64,000 bases of DNA from Phoronis australis (lineage: Eukaryota; Animalia; Phoronida). Within the stretch, counting starts at the first letter, position 1; every line of letters starts with the position of its first letter. The stretch lies in the NCBI GenBank assembly GCA_002633005.1, contig NMRA01000522.1, positions 180,331 through 244,330 of the forward strand, given 5' to 3'. The notes under the pieces were generated by a model, which saw only the letters and a list, made by a program, of their open reading frames with translations, searched no databases and was not told the origin of the DNA. A program made the position numbers and the translations under genes. Below are positions 25,501 to 39,230 of this stretch, piece by piece.

Positions 25501-27085
25501 TGACATTCAGTGACTGCATCGATTGTCTTATTGTATGTTTTCAATTGTAGCTAGCTGGATTAGAATCTGCTGTGCACAAGATTCGAGAATAAAACAATTA
25601 TCAGTGTATTTAAAAACAAATGGCAAACTGAAAAAGCACAGAAAGAAACAACATTGCGAGGGAGTCCATAATCAGGCATATCAGGTGCTGAATTTCTGAA
25701 TTACATTCAATTCTCTCAGGTTATTGCTGAAGGATTGCTTTTCACTTTGTCCAACGGTGAAATAGATGGTGAGGTGGTTGGTTTCAGTTGCCTGTAACAG
25801 AACAGAAATATTAGCAAATTGTAAAAGAAAAGACAAGACAAAACTACTTTTGTAAGGCATAACATATTTGACATTTCATCTTCATGTTTATGTGTAGAAA
25901 CTAATAACCTTTGTACCCAAGTCTTATTTAATATCTGAATTAAAATATGTGAAACAGGCTAAAAATGATTCAACAATGTGTATTTTTCATGACGCTTAAA
26001 ATGTGCTTCTGATCTCAACAAGTAAAATTGATTCTAGGAGTCAATTTTTTTCCAGTGCAATGTTACGACATTTACTGAATTAAGGCTTATTCATGTTAAT
26101 TCGATAACTGAGCTGGTGGTCCTGGGGGTGGGGTACACGATAAAATAAGGAAACTCGCTCATCTAGAATTTTATTGGAAACAGCATAGTTTTGAAGAGAA
26201 ACTGCTGTGAAAAAGTCACTCTTGACTTCTGTGCATCACGTACCATACACCTCTTACTTTGGGAGCGCTCCCACCCAGGACAATATGAATATGTGCTGCT
26301 AGCCTACCCGGCATCGGGTGAGTTTCCAAAAAGAAACACTTAGTTCAGCTCAATAAAACTGTTATTCAGTGGGGTAACTGGTGGGGATAACATCACCGAA
26401 CGATGTTGATAGAAACTGATTGCTAAAAACTTACCAAGTAATGTGTAGTCTCTGAATGGAACTGCATAGACATAGAGCACACACGGGGCTTCAGCATTTT
26501 GTCAGTTAGTTGACCCTGTTGACCGCAATTGTCCACGAATATAGTAACCTTAGGTCGTTTGGGAATTTGTGGCCACCTGTCGAAGACTTGCACCAGGGAA
26601 ATTAGCAGTAATAAGGCTTAGCGCGACGACGTATTTTGATAAAAATTCCATCTTTTACCAGTTGTTTATATACAAACAGGCACACATGCGCAATTCAATC
26701 ACCACTAGTACAGCAGCGACACCGCGAGGAGAATTCTCCGAATAGCCCCATTGAATTGGACAGAGACTCGATTATCCCCTGGTCACCAACAAAACTTTTT
26801 TGAGATAAATGCGAAGGCTTAATGATCGATATTTTAATATGTGCCACAGGGGAACTAGATTCACAAATATCCAGTCTGTGCTACAACAAGGTTACCTTCA
26901 ACAGAAAGTACAACTATAAACACAAAATTGAACATTATTCAGTTTTGCAAAGTACAATTGACATCAAAGTGTATAGTCACATGACACGGAGCTTTCTTTC
27001 AAATGAAGACTAAGCTGGATGAATGACAAGATTTATGTTAGAAGCAATTTTCTGCTAGCAACACTTGATTAATTTACTTAACATT

Positions 27086-28503
27086 CCGTATTCGCCGTAA
27101 TAACCGCCCATGCCCCTATAAGCGCCCCCCACGCGTTTTCAGACTTTGCTGAAATAAGCGCCCAGTCCATGAACGTGTACATGCAAACAATGACGTACCT
27201 ACAGTCCTAAAACTCGGCTACAGTAACGTCTTAAATTTATCAAAAAATTTTTGCACGGGTCTTCAAGACCACCAGCGGCACTGCTACTTTTGTATTTAGC
27301 CTCGACTTTACACTTCAAAGTAACTCAGTGCTTCAAAAAGAACGCAACAGCGTAGCTACGCTCTCGCGAAGACCGTGTCCCACTATGATTTGACCTTTCA
27401 GTAGACACATCGACTGTCTCATGAATAAAAATAACTCGGTGTTAAACGCACGTGGCCAGGAGGCGCGCGCCACATACATGAACCTGTCATCAAAGACATT
27501 AGTCGGGAACTATCCATTTATGAAACATTTAACATAGCATCGCTAAGAAATGAATATTGGCACTAATTTCCGACAATTTCTAATACTATAAAACATGTTT
27601 GCGTTATTTTTTAGATGGATAGTTTGATCAACCATAATTGGTGTTTTTAAGCCGAATATTTGATTAAATTGACAACTGACAGTGAATGCTTACACACCCT
27701 GGCTTACACCGAAAAATAACTGTCAGATAGTTACGTACGCATCCAGCTACACCGCAACTAATACGGGCCTTACCGAGACAAATGTCGAAAGTTTTTAGCA
27801 AGAGACCGGCAAGTGCTGAATGAAACACGCTCTGGTTTAGGCCTACTGCTTGCGCAAATTTCTTTAGACACATCTAGCCAGTTAGATTGCGTGGCTCTGG
27901 CCAAAAGACGGTCTCTGCTTTGGCAAATGAACACTGGTGACACGCACGCGCTCGCTTACTCGCAGACGAACTTCAAAACAAACGTCAAGTGACAACAACA
28001 TGTGTGTTCGTCCAGACATTTTTCTCGCCGTGTTGCCGATCATACATGTAGATGGCACGATGTTGCACAGATTTGTACTTAAACCTGCCGTTAATCCAGA
28101 CTCCACGGGAACTTAAAAAATCTTAGAGACGCTACTTATAAAACTTAATGAGGATTTCAGGTTATTTGCTTGAGTAGAAACCATTTTTATTCAAGCATTG
28201 AAGTCGCCATATCGAAGACGGCGATTTCGAGGCAGTCAGTCGGGGAGTTTTCGCCTTACGATTTCAGCACAATTTCCTGTAAAATGATCGTAATTTAGCA
28301 GCAGAGTTTGATAGCACTGCACCACAGTTTTGTTGAAAGTCTTTAATAGATTACATATAAGTCACAGAGCGTAAATTTGTTGAATCTTAGCTTCCGATTT
28401 CACCCGTTTCGGAGACCGGGTTTCAACCGCCTTGGGTTATAATAAGCGCCCCCCTGAACCGAACTTTTCTAAGCGCCCTGGGCGGTTATTACGGCGAATA
28501 CGG
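27086..28503. mobile_element. Full-length non-autonomous pogo/Tc1-mariner-like element (family B)
   Basis: Perfect 24-bp TIRs CCGTATTCGCCGTAATAACCGCCC/GGGCGGTTATTACGGCGAATACGG. TA on the right, TT on the left. Repeated AAGCGCCC subterminal motifs. Confidence 0.85.
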
Positions 28504-28517
28504 TAACTATGTTCCAT

Positions 28518-31500
28518 AGACCTAATTCACGCCGACAGGAAGCGCGTTCCAAAACGAGGCTCGCTACGATAGCTCTGTTGGCTTATCGGCATACTGGTTG
28601 TATTCTTCGTTGCTCGAACGGCTAGAAAATATACGGTTAAACCGTGGCAACCGACATACGCATGGGGCCGGGAACAGTCGAGAAAAGAAAGACTGCGAAA
28701 TATGGATAAGAGAGAAAATTCAAGAGAACATTTAATAACTCTGCATCAGGGCATGGTTTACCTTTTGAGGACCCTAGCCAGGACATTGTCGTTAGGGTCT
28801 CCAATTTTGCAGCACAGGTCGTCTAAACGCACTTGAAAACGTGCATGAAATCAATCATATATATATTTTGAAAAATCGAGAAAATTTGTAAAGCGAAGCT
28901 TTTGCGGAGCGTACTAATTTACTGGATTTTTAAATTCAATGCAAAACTATATTTTTCCAGATGTCTTTCTCTGACAAGGGATAACGGAGACAACTTTCAC
29001 TTTATTTTTCTCTGGAAACTGTATATTACTTGAGAAAAATTGATGACCTGACAGATAACATCAACTGCTGCGCATTTCCTGATATTTGAAAGTATAGATA
29101 TTTTCATATTTAGGGGCCCTGACCTTGAAGGATGCCATTGACAAATTCTTAAGAGGCCGCTCATGGAGAGAGGGCCCAATGTTGGAATCGATTACCGCTA
29201 TTCTCCTGTTTTTTTTTGTGAAATCGTGCAACCAGCTTTCATGTTGAAGGAGGTCATTCCCTGCATTGCTTTGAGACCACACAACTGTGGAATGCACTGT
29301 CACCTTTTTTCCAAGCTTAATGATGTTTAGCCTTTCATCTTAAGGTGTCCCATTTCAGACGGTACCCTCTCTCGGTGGAACAGCTTGGGGGAAATGTAAC
29401 TTTGTCCCTTGTCTATACATGTAAATCCGACACTGCCAAGTATTCTCGATGGAAGTTGAGACTCCAAATTCATAAAAAACACAAAACATTTGTGCACAGC
29501 AAACAATCAAAAGTGTGAAAAAATACAGTAGGATTGCCGACATCGAAAGGGTGGAATTTTGAAGAATGTGAAGACCACTATTTGTGAATTACACAAAAGG
29601 ATTATTTCCGATGATTAGTTATAAAATAATGTAAGTTACTGTTTCCCGTAGTATCAAAAGAATAGTATCTCTTTTTTGATGGTTACTATGAGCTAGGCTA
29701 CTATTTGTGATGACCCTGTACATGTCGAAAGGGGGTACTCAAAGAACTCTCGCAATCATAAACAAAGATTTCAGTGTTTTTTTTGTCAGTAGAGTTCAAG
29801 TTTACCTCGTGAACCGTTATAGGTAACTCTAAAATGAGAAAAAATACACCTTAATACGAATAGCCCATCTCCCATATTCCCCCGGTTACCCATCAAAAGT
29901 CTGCAAGCATGCATGCGGAAACTGCTTATAACATTCTGTTTTGATAAATAAATTTGTTGGTTTCTGATTTACTTGTTTATGTATGATGAAAATCGATAGA
30001 TTCATAGATGATTTTTTACGATTAGAAGCCAATCTTGTAAGAATTGGTGATGTTTCAGTGAATGTAACTGAAGCCTGAAGTTGGAATAATTTGATCCCCA
30101 AATAGTAAAGTACACTTAGTACATGTATAGACGATTTTTGCATATCTAAAACAACCCTCAAAAACATTCATGACATTCGGATTCACAAACCGTAAAAAAA
30201 ACGTTTTTAAAATCCTTGAATAAATTGCTCATTGCTTGGAAAGGTTGTCTTTGCACTTCCTTGGTGTTTTTAGTTTCCAGTAGAATTGAGCAATGAAGTT
30301 TTGTTCTTCAAAACTGAATTGATTGCTTCTCCTGATTCTCGTGCTCGTCAAGACTAACGTACCCTCGTTAAAAATAAGATGTAACCCTGCAATAGGCCCA
30401 GCGTGCAGAATCTCAGTGATCCACGGGAACTGAATTTGAACTCCAGGCGTTCATAGAGTGTGTGCCGGCATTTTTGGGACACACCATCCTTTTCACCAAC
30501 CACTAGAAACTGGACTACTGGTCGTGTTTCAACTAGGCGTTTTGAAACAGCCCCAAAGGCATTATACCAGGAGCTTCGGGATCTCAACTTTTCAAAAAAA
30601 AAACTTCAAAGAATGACCATAATAAAACAAAGTTTTCCCCGAAACTGGATCACAATAAAACGAATCTTGACCGTAGAGCGAGCGCTGACGGCCGGCACGA
30701 GCTGCCTGTCTCAAGTGAATTACAGCTTAGTTGACAGGCAATTAACTTTAGTTCATCAGAACTTTTGTATTTTCACACTGTTAGATCTTGGCTATAGCTA
30801 CTTGAGGCAGCTCCTCTTACTCTATGTGTTGGTTCATGGTTACTCAACTCTTTATGGCTTCATCCCTGTGGGATCATTGTCCCAGGGGCGGATTCAGGAT
30901 TTTGAGTTGGGAGGGGGGCAGGGCAGAGTATTAGCCAGGGTTTTACCTGTCAGAAATTCACACCCCCGAACTCCCAAATGGAATCAGGGAGAATTTTACG
31001 GGAGCCATGGCCCCTTGGTCACCCCTAAATCCACCACTGTGCCACCAACCTAGGGCGGACGTGGGAGATTCGGTACAAATATGGTGGCAACGGGGGCGAG
31101 GGGGGTTGTGGTGATGGGGGTGTTGTTTGGCGAAGTCGAAATGGTTTGTGCCCCCCAATAATTTTTGCCTTCCTACGGGCCTGTTTTACAATACCTAAGA
31201 CATTGAAATTCGGAAGCGTTGGTTCATTGCCATACGCCGCAACGAAAGAAAATATGTCCGTGTAAAACTTATAAATGTTTTCGAAAAGTTAAATCATATT
31301 TTGTCGCATCTCGGTTGCCGAGCATCATAGAAACGACCGGAGAATCTTCGGCCAGTCAGGCCGTGTTTTCATGACTACGGGTTGAAAGATGATGCATTTT
31401 TCTTTCCAAAAAGGACAGGACCCTCATTCCCTCGATTATGGGGCCAAATATTCCCTATTTCCCTCTCAAATATATTGAAAAATCTCCCAAAATTACACCC

Positions 31501-32656
31501 CCACGAAGCCTAAAAATTCCCTAGTGATTGAAAAGTTCTCTCCGAAGTTCAAATCACCTGTAACCACACAGGTGACAATTTGAAAGAGTACAAAATGCTA
31601 CTTGAGAAAGAGCCTTTGAGAGCTTGCAACAGGGCGGGGGTGCTACTGAGGATGAACGGGAGGTAGATTTCCCCTCACCCGGCGAAAAAATCCCCCTCTC
31701 AGAACTGGAAGGCACAGACACTTTCCCCTCGGATGAACGAGGACCCTGAAGAAACATGATAACTATGCTTGCTCTGTCCAGTTAACTAAAATTGAGCTTC
31801 AAAGTGAGGTTATGCTTTGAAGGAACGAATTAGGCGTTTTAATTTTGAAATTCAACTTGGTCCAGATTGATACTTAAAACCTAACACATGAAATAAATGT
31901 AAGAACTATTAAAACCTAGAAAGCAGAATAGATGGTCAAATAATTGCTTGTGAATGTGTGCAAGGAAGTGAATGAGAACCTGGATACAATGCGAAAGCGA
32001 TTTCTGGGGCTGAGCTCGTTTTTAATTCTTTTTTTCAAAAATTAAAAAGTGATCAAATAATGTTTATTTTCAATCACGAGACTGGTTTTTTATTTTAATA
32101 AAAAATATATTTAATAACATCAGTTATTCTTGCAGATCAATGACAAATCAACTGTTAGTCCCGGTAGTCCCTACCTCACCAGGACCTATAGGCTATGCTT
32201 GATCAACAAATAAAACCGGATGTGACTAATTGCACATCACTGCAAAATGTGATGAGCCACCACCGTCGAATGTATCTTTAACTCGTCAACAATACAAGCA
32301 GATGACCTGGTTCATGTAGAAAGCATTTTTACAAGAAGAAACGTAACCCTGCATTCAGCATAATACCTAATCCGTAACACAACGATCGCCGCAGTTTGGT
32401 CATATTTACTTCTCATGTTTCGAACCTAGTTTTCCAAAAAAATTATACCCTTTCGTCAGACAACTCTTTTGGTGCATTGACTTGTTCTCTAATGTATTTT
32501 CTACGTCTTTGTAGTTAAATCGACACATTTTTAAGATTTAATGTCCAGGTTGGACTTGAAAGACCGGCCATTTAACTCACGCAATGTCAACTTCCGTTTC
32601 GTTTATCGCAGTGAGCCTCACTTTGGATGTTAATGTCCGCCGTGTGAATTAGGTGT
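28518..32656. mobile_element. ISL2EU-like composite element (~4.1 kb)
   Basis: AT flanks and inverted ends AGACCTAATTCAC / GTGAATTAGGTGT. The interior holds other MITEs and no intact ORF. Confidence 0.55.
30883..31182. mobile_element. Two adjacent GC-rich hAT-like MITEs
   Basis: CAGGGGCGGATTCAGG...CCTAAATCCACCACTG (30883-31039), then a second unit ending CCTACGGGCCTG. No matching 8-bp TSD seen. Confidence 0.5.
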
Positions 32657-33277
32657 ATAATTCCCTATTTATTTGTTTTTTTGACTTGCCCAAATTCAAC
32701 CTGACCTCGTCAGTTCAGTATTGATGGATTCCGGGATTTTCCACATTTCTTTGAATTTTTAGTAGCACAAAATGTTAAAATGCGCGATGCATATCATACT
32801 GGTTTTTGAGTTTTGTCACTTATCCATTCTTATTGTGGGCACAACCTTCAACAGTAATTCGGCACAGAGAATTTCTAATCGTGTCTGACAACCCGACACT
32901 GCCAGAAAGTGAAAATGCACTCCATTACCAAAAATATTTTCGCAACCTTTCAGCATGCAGCATTTATTGGCGAGTTAAACCAAGTGTCAGATTTGCACTT
33001 TGTTGTGCATTGGCTTCAACACCTGAAAGTGCAACATACCTAGTTGGTAGCATGTCCCTACAAATCACTCCCATGGCATAATTCCCCCAGATTAGGCCTA
33101 AATGCCACTGATTTACCGAAAATAGCAGGTTGAAAAGTGTCTCAACATGAGACACCTGACTGTGAACAGAGACAACCAGGAAAAAGGGAGGGTTTCCATA
33201 TTTGTTTCTATGCTTTTGCCCACAGCAAGAATATGCCTAAATGTGATTCAAATCAACTAGAATAGACCAGTTCTAAC

Positions 33278-33398
33278 CTGTCAGTCAACACAGTCTTGTC
33301 ACATTCAACATCAAATTGCCACCGCTCCAACACTTCAGAGGTGTCCACATTTTTCACCACCACAACCAGCTTCTTAATAGTCATGTCCAGAAGCCAGG
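33278..33398 (-). CDS. MAD2L1: Mad2 exon 3 (121 nt)
   Basis: ttgttttcag| ... |gttaga, phase 1 in and phase 2 out. (A)WLLDMTIKKLVVVVKNVDTSEVLERWQFDVECDKTVLTD contains the HORMA EVLERWQFD motif. Confidence 0.97.
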
Positions 33399-33739
33399 CT
33401 GAAAACAAGTAAGCAATGTGAAGAATCACAAAACATCACGAATGCACTGCAAATGGTGTAGTTCTACGGGTGTTTATTTGGAACATAAAAATGGTCACTA
33501 GATGACACAAAATACGTCGAATCCATCCAAAAACTGGTATGTGTCACCGAAGTTATTTACCAAATTTCATAACTTCTGAGAAACAGAGGAAAAGGAAAAA
33601 ATGAAATTGCTAGTAGGAGGCTATAGGTGCAAAAAACATAACTGCCACTAAGAGGTGCCACAGTAGATGAAGTCGTTGGAAAATCATCACCAGACTTCCT
33701 CTTCACATTTACCTGTGGCGTTAAATACTCACAAATTTC

Positions 33740-34575
33740 AGGTCGCAAAGGGCAAACCCCCCTCCCGCCCAGGAAATTTTTCTGTTTTGACCTCTAAAAA
33801 TCAAGTATTTTCCTTGATTCCTGAAGTATTAACCAAGAAAAAAAGGCAAAAAAAAAAACACGGAGAACGTGTCAAACAGGAAAAACTGCAAGTACCAAAG
33901 ACTCGAACTCACAACCTTGCGCACAGAGCGCGCGTGCGTTACCACTACACCACCACGACTTAGCTAGTAAACTCAAATTAAGAGACCTACTTGTTTATGG
34001 TCCACAGCGTTTGCGCGCGAAACCTACTTCTTTTTGTAATGCTTATTACACGTTTTGTGCCATCAATTCTTAACAAATTTGTCGTATTTAAAATAGTCTT
34101 AAAATGCCCAAAAGACCAAATCCGTTTTTCGTGTTGGCAATAATGACCGGGGATTGCTTTGGAAATCGTCTTAACATAAGGTTTGACAAAGAGAGTATTG
34201 CGAGTTTCTGAGTGATTCACTAAGGCTTCTATTAAAATTCCCATCTTACCAGCAGCTTCTGTTTTTTTATCGTCACTCAGGTTCCATTTTCTTTAAAAAA
34301 TGAAGTAAATTTTCTTCATTGCACAGTGGAGCAGACGACGGAAACTGAGTCGTAGTGCGCAGCGCCACTGCCGGTCGCCTGGGATATCGCGNNNNNNNNN
34401 NNNNNNNNNNNNNNNNNNNNNNNNNNNNNNNNNNNNNNNNNNNNNNNNNNNNNNNNNNNNNNNNNNNNNNNNNNNNNNNNNNNNNNNNNNNNNNNNNNNN
34501 NNNNNNNNNNNNNNNNNNNNNGGGGGGGGGGGGGGGGGCCCGGGCCCCCTGGGCCCCCCCCTAAATCCGCCTATG
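33740..34575. mobile_element. hAT-like element spanning the assembly gap
   Basis: 33765-34391 is highly similar to 45210-45837. Right end CCCCCTAAATCCGCCTATG follows the gap and poly-G. Confidence 0.65.
34392..34521. other. Assembly gap (130 N)
   Basis: Run of N followed by poly-G. Confidence 1.
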
Positions 34576-35683
34576 CCCCTTACTGAAAACGTAAATCTGC
34601 CAATGTATTTAAAAGTATTAAACCTGGCCTTGACCAAGTCTAAAGTTAAACCTGGTTTAAGATTTTAGCACAGGTGTAAGGTGAAATGAAAACTGCCTTA
34701 GACCAGGTCTAAACTGGAGTTAAACCAGGTTTTACTAGACCACTGGTCTAAAGGTTAAACCACCTTTATGAAATGCAGATTATCTTTAAACCTGGTCTAA
34801 TTCCAGTTTAAACCAGGTTTAACTTTAAACCACCTTTATGAAATCGGCTGATAGTTTCATTATATGGTTGGAGCCAGATGTGAGACGCCAAATAACAAGA
34901 CTCGAAAACAGTAAAAACTGCCACTAGGTGGCACAAAATACCACGAATAAAACTGAAAACCATAGGATAGTGTCAGCCCACTAATAGATGCCTATCTGCC
35001 AAATTTTATGAAAACTCGTTAAGGGCCTTTGAAGATGGAGCTAAAATTAAAAACAAAAATTGCTACTAGGGGGCACACCGGTAGTGCGATCCATCCAAAA
35101 GTCGTCGCCGTTTGTTGTCAAGTTCCTATAAATACACTTGCTAAATTTAATAAAGATCCTGAAGAGGGTTTAGGAGATACAGCCATGGGGGAAAAACTAC
35201 CCCCAGGATGCACCACAGCAGGAATATATCCTTGTCTCAAAACCTCACTCGCTCACCGGGCGAGTGAGCCAGAAAATGTACTCGCCCTGCCCAAACTTCA
35301 GTTGCCCGGTCGTTTCTCGTTGGTCACCACAAACTTGCTGCCAATGTCAATAAAAATGATTGTTTCGTGCGTTGATGTCACCATTTACTAGGGCTAGTAT
35401 CCCTTTTAGACAAGAGCAACGCAGAGCGTTGAAATGCACCCACGAATGCATTGCAAATGGTGTGCTTTTAGGGTTATTTACCGTATTTGTATCATAAAAA
35501 TGGCCACTAGATGGCGCACATACATACAATCCATCCAAAAACAGGAACATGCCATATTTCATAAAAATCTGTCAAGGAACTTCAGAGAAACAAAGGAAAA
35601 CAGAATAAAATGAAATTGCTACTAGTGGGCACGGTGCCCGTTGGATCCGCCTGAAAGTCGCCGTCTGTTGTTATCTTCATATA

Positions 35684-38600
35684 TCGTAAACGTTCGGGTT
35701 AACGCCCATGCCCAGTTAACTGCCCACCCCCTACTTTAGGTGGATTTTCGATTTAACCGCCCACTGCTCGGTTAACTGCCCATCTGCAATTTTTGAAGAT
35801 TTCCAGTTAAGCGCCCACCTCTCGGTTAAGCGCCCATCCCCGACTTTTAAAGATTGAAGATTTAGCGCCTAGTGCTACGCTAACGCGCAATTCCCCGACT
35901 TTTAGATAGATGATCACAACTAGAGTGCAACGACAGCCTCCGAGCCGCCGGTTTGGCAATGTGAATTATAATACAAGTAACGAATTCTTGTCTCGGGTCA
36001 TGGATTTACTTCAAAATATAATACTTGAACGTTTTGTCACTTTATTTTCTTCCCATGTTCACAAAGCTTAAGAATCCCGCTGGCTTCAATGCCTCCGCTT
36101 TTAGCAACGTGGTCTGCTGCGCTGAGTTTCTGTCTGCAGTGCAATAGATAAAACATATATTCGAAAAAAATCGGGCCAGAGAAATGTGACAGTGGTTCTT
36201 CCAACCCTTCCAATTCGCTTTTGGTAGGAAGCCCTCGTATTTTGAAGAATTTCCATAACTCACGGAAAGATGTCAAATTCTCCCTATTTTGATGAGTGTA
36301 ATTGCCAGGTTATCGAGGATGTGTAGCGACCGAATGGACAATGTACCCTACTGGCCGATTTGCTATCTCTCGATTTCTGAATTCAAAGGTTGGCAATACG
36401 TTACTGGATGTTTGTGTATCATCTTGAAGAAATAAAAAACTGCAAGCTAAATTTTGTTTTTCGCTTATTTCATCTGGTGGTTCTTTATAGTATGATTTCT
36501 TGCGACAGGCGTAACTGTGAATTATCGTATCCACCTAGCATTTTAGCTTCCAGAATATTTTTGTTTCTACATTGGGCAGTTTCAGCCTGAACAAAAATTC
36601 TTACCATTCGAGTCTGAGACATCTACAACGTAACTGGTTGAAAATTGGCTACAGTGGTAATGACGTGCACGCAGCTAGCTACGGGCATGGAAAATCGGGT
36701 CAAGGGATCATCGAGCCGGGATATATTGGAACAGACTTGACATCGTAGTTTTGGGTCACTGGAACCGAGGAATATCGTAAAACACTGGGTTTTTTGTAAC
36801 AACAGCTTAAATGTACACAGTCGTGTACTCCTTTACGTAGGACTGTCACTGTCCTTTTTTGATGTGTGATCTCTGAAGTGGTACACGCGTGTAAGTTCCC
36901 ACACTCTGGAGTGCATGTTACCTTGACAACAACATATGTGATTGACAGGTGACTCATTCGTACGCGCATGCTGAATCCAGCCGCTGTCTTTTGTCACATA
37001 AAACAAGATCCATATTGAAAGAGGCTGTTAAATTACTTGACGGCATTTCCAAGTCTAGTGACGGCATATTACGTGCAAACAGCGGGACCGACCAGTGCCG
37101 CAGTGTGATACTGCCGTAGGTGATATTATAATAGGATAAACTGTACATATTGTGTGTAAAATAAATGTTTTTCGTGTTGCTTTATGTTTGCCAGGTAGGC
37201 CTATCTATTTTACCCCAAAAAAAGGCTCGCGTAGGTTGGAATTTCCCAGTGGCAGGTACAAGACGTCTATAATCTTGGTTCGCATTTCCAAATTTCATGT
37301 CGCCAATGCGACCTGCAGTTTGTTATGCTGAGCACCAAGTCTCGGTTGCTAAACACTGACTCGGAATGGACGCGTTGCTGGTTGAAGCTCTTCACTAATT
37401 TAGTCGTATAGCCGCGCAAACCACGGATGCCGGTTACCTGAAAAATTGGGGCTACAACTACAAATTGTTTTTTACCGACGCAGATACGTTTACGAACTGG
37501 TCATTTTTTTCTCGAACTCTACCGTGCGTGCTCACTAGACTCATCCCCAGTCATAGTGTTAGTAATTTTAGAATAAAACCTTAAGCAAATGCTTGTTTTT
37601 GAGTAATGCCTTTGCGGTAAATTTTGATTGACGACTGGCTCATATCTGTTTACCCTCGATTCTCATCTTCTTTGCATAGCATGTTTCACGCAACTGGAAG
37701 TGGGGAACGCCAGGCGGTCGAGAAAAAACAGCTAGCCGCAGAACCATACGCTGAAACTGAGTCACGGAGTCTAATCTAATCTCCAACATAAACATCCCAA
37801 AAACAAAAAAAACACCTGAATTTGTTTTTCAAAGTTTTATTACATCATCAATTTTAAAACTGGTCTTTGACTTGGAACTTGACAGCTAGCACCATAAATT
37901 TGATGTCTGCTGTGACCTCTGCAACACGTGAAGCTCGCACGCACGCATTTCTAAAGTGTCATTGCATGAGAATAGTTGCAATCGAAGTTATTGTTTCTGG
38001 TCGTCTGGGCACTACAGCTCTAATAAGATCGCAGGACGGCACAGGGCTATTACTCACCAGTTTTGTAAATTTAATTGTGATAGACTAATCTGTGGGCAAC
38101 AGAACACGTTCCGAGTACGTGTGTCGTGTGGTACTCTGATCCTGAGGTAAGACTAAAGGCGAAGGCAACCTTTTTTCATGTCATTTTTAGCAAAAATAAG
38201 GCTTGTTTATTATCCCAGACATATTTTTCATTTAATTACAGTTTTTTTGTAATATAAACAATTACTCGTCCTTTACTCTGGAAGTGACGTTTTGGGAGGA
38301 AAGTATTTCGCGCCAAGTTCTTTAAATATAGTCTTACTGTGAGAGCTGCCGAGTCAGTCTTTGTTCTACCTCTGCTGTGATTAGTTTGTTCGCCGTTTGC
38401 TTTTGTTTACGAGCCAGTCACAATGCCACACTGTTGCTGCGTACCGAGATGAACTCATTATCGTCTCAAGGACAGAGAAACAGTTGTTCCACTTGCCCGA
38501 GTGTCCCGCGACACACTCCCACTGGATGGTGACCTGAGCACACAAACTGCTTACATCTTGCCATGTGTGTCCCGCGCCACACACTTGGCACCTTCTAAAT

Positions 38601-39230
38601 AGCTCTAACACTTTAGACAAGTCCTCAATAACTTATCAAAATTTAGCTCGCCGATCTATTCATTGGACGACGAACTGTCCTTGTCACTGGGTGTCAAACG
38701 GGGCCTGTATTCGCTCCCTCTACTCAACATCGCAGCAGGGCTGTTTACAGGCTCTGGGCAATAATAAGTACATCCCGGTACACAGCAACAGTGTGGCATG
38801 TCAACTGACTCGTAAACAAAAGAAAACGACGACCGAACTTGTCACAGCCGAGTTATAACAAAAACTGACTCGACAACTCTCACAATCACATTATATGAAA
38901 AGAAATTGGTGCGAAATTCTTGCCTCCCAAAACGTCACTTCCGGAGTAAAGGACGAATTTTTAAGTAAATTACGAAAAGCTGTAATTAAGTGAAAAATGT
39001 GTCTGGAATAATCAGAGTACCTTAACTTTGCTAAAAATGACATGAAAAAAGGTTGCCTTCCCCTTTAACTGCTCAGGGCGGTTGTCTGTCATAACAAGCG
39101 CTCATGTTCAGTTAACCGCCCACCATGGATTTCTTGAAATTTCACGTTTAAGCGCCCATGTCTGGTTAACCGCCCAATTTTTTGGGTTTGCCAATTTAAC
39201 CGCCTAGGGCGTTAACCCGAACGTTTACGG
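35684..39230. mobile_element. Full-length pogo/Tc1-mariner-like element (family A) inserted at TA in the HINE
   Basis: TIRs (T)CGTAAACGTTCGGGTTAACGCCC / GGGCGTTAACCCGAACGTTTACGG with TA on both sides. The empty site gatata|aatacac is visible near 17195. Confidence 0.88.
38157..39064. mobile_element. Kolobok-like foldback MITE
   Basis: CTAA/TTAA flanks and ~330-bp imperfect inverted arms beginning AGG(C/G)GAAGGCAACC. Each arm carries an MPHCCCVP THAP-like start. The centre reads LELFRRCQVCG...ECVAGHSGKW. Confidence 0.8.

Noticed and set aside
29060-29420. Possible transposase or integrase remnant inside the ISL2EU-like element
   Set aside because: Multiple stops and only vague resemblance. 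Not supportable without a profile search.
30460-31053. Longest ORF (197 aa)
   Set aside because: Non-ATG start, runs across a MITE boundary, no recognisable domain.
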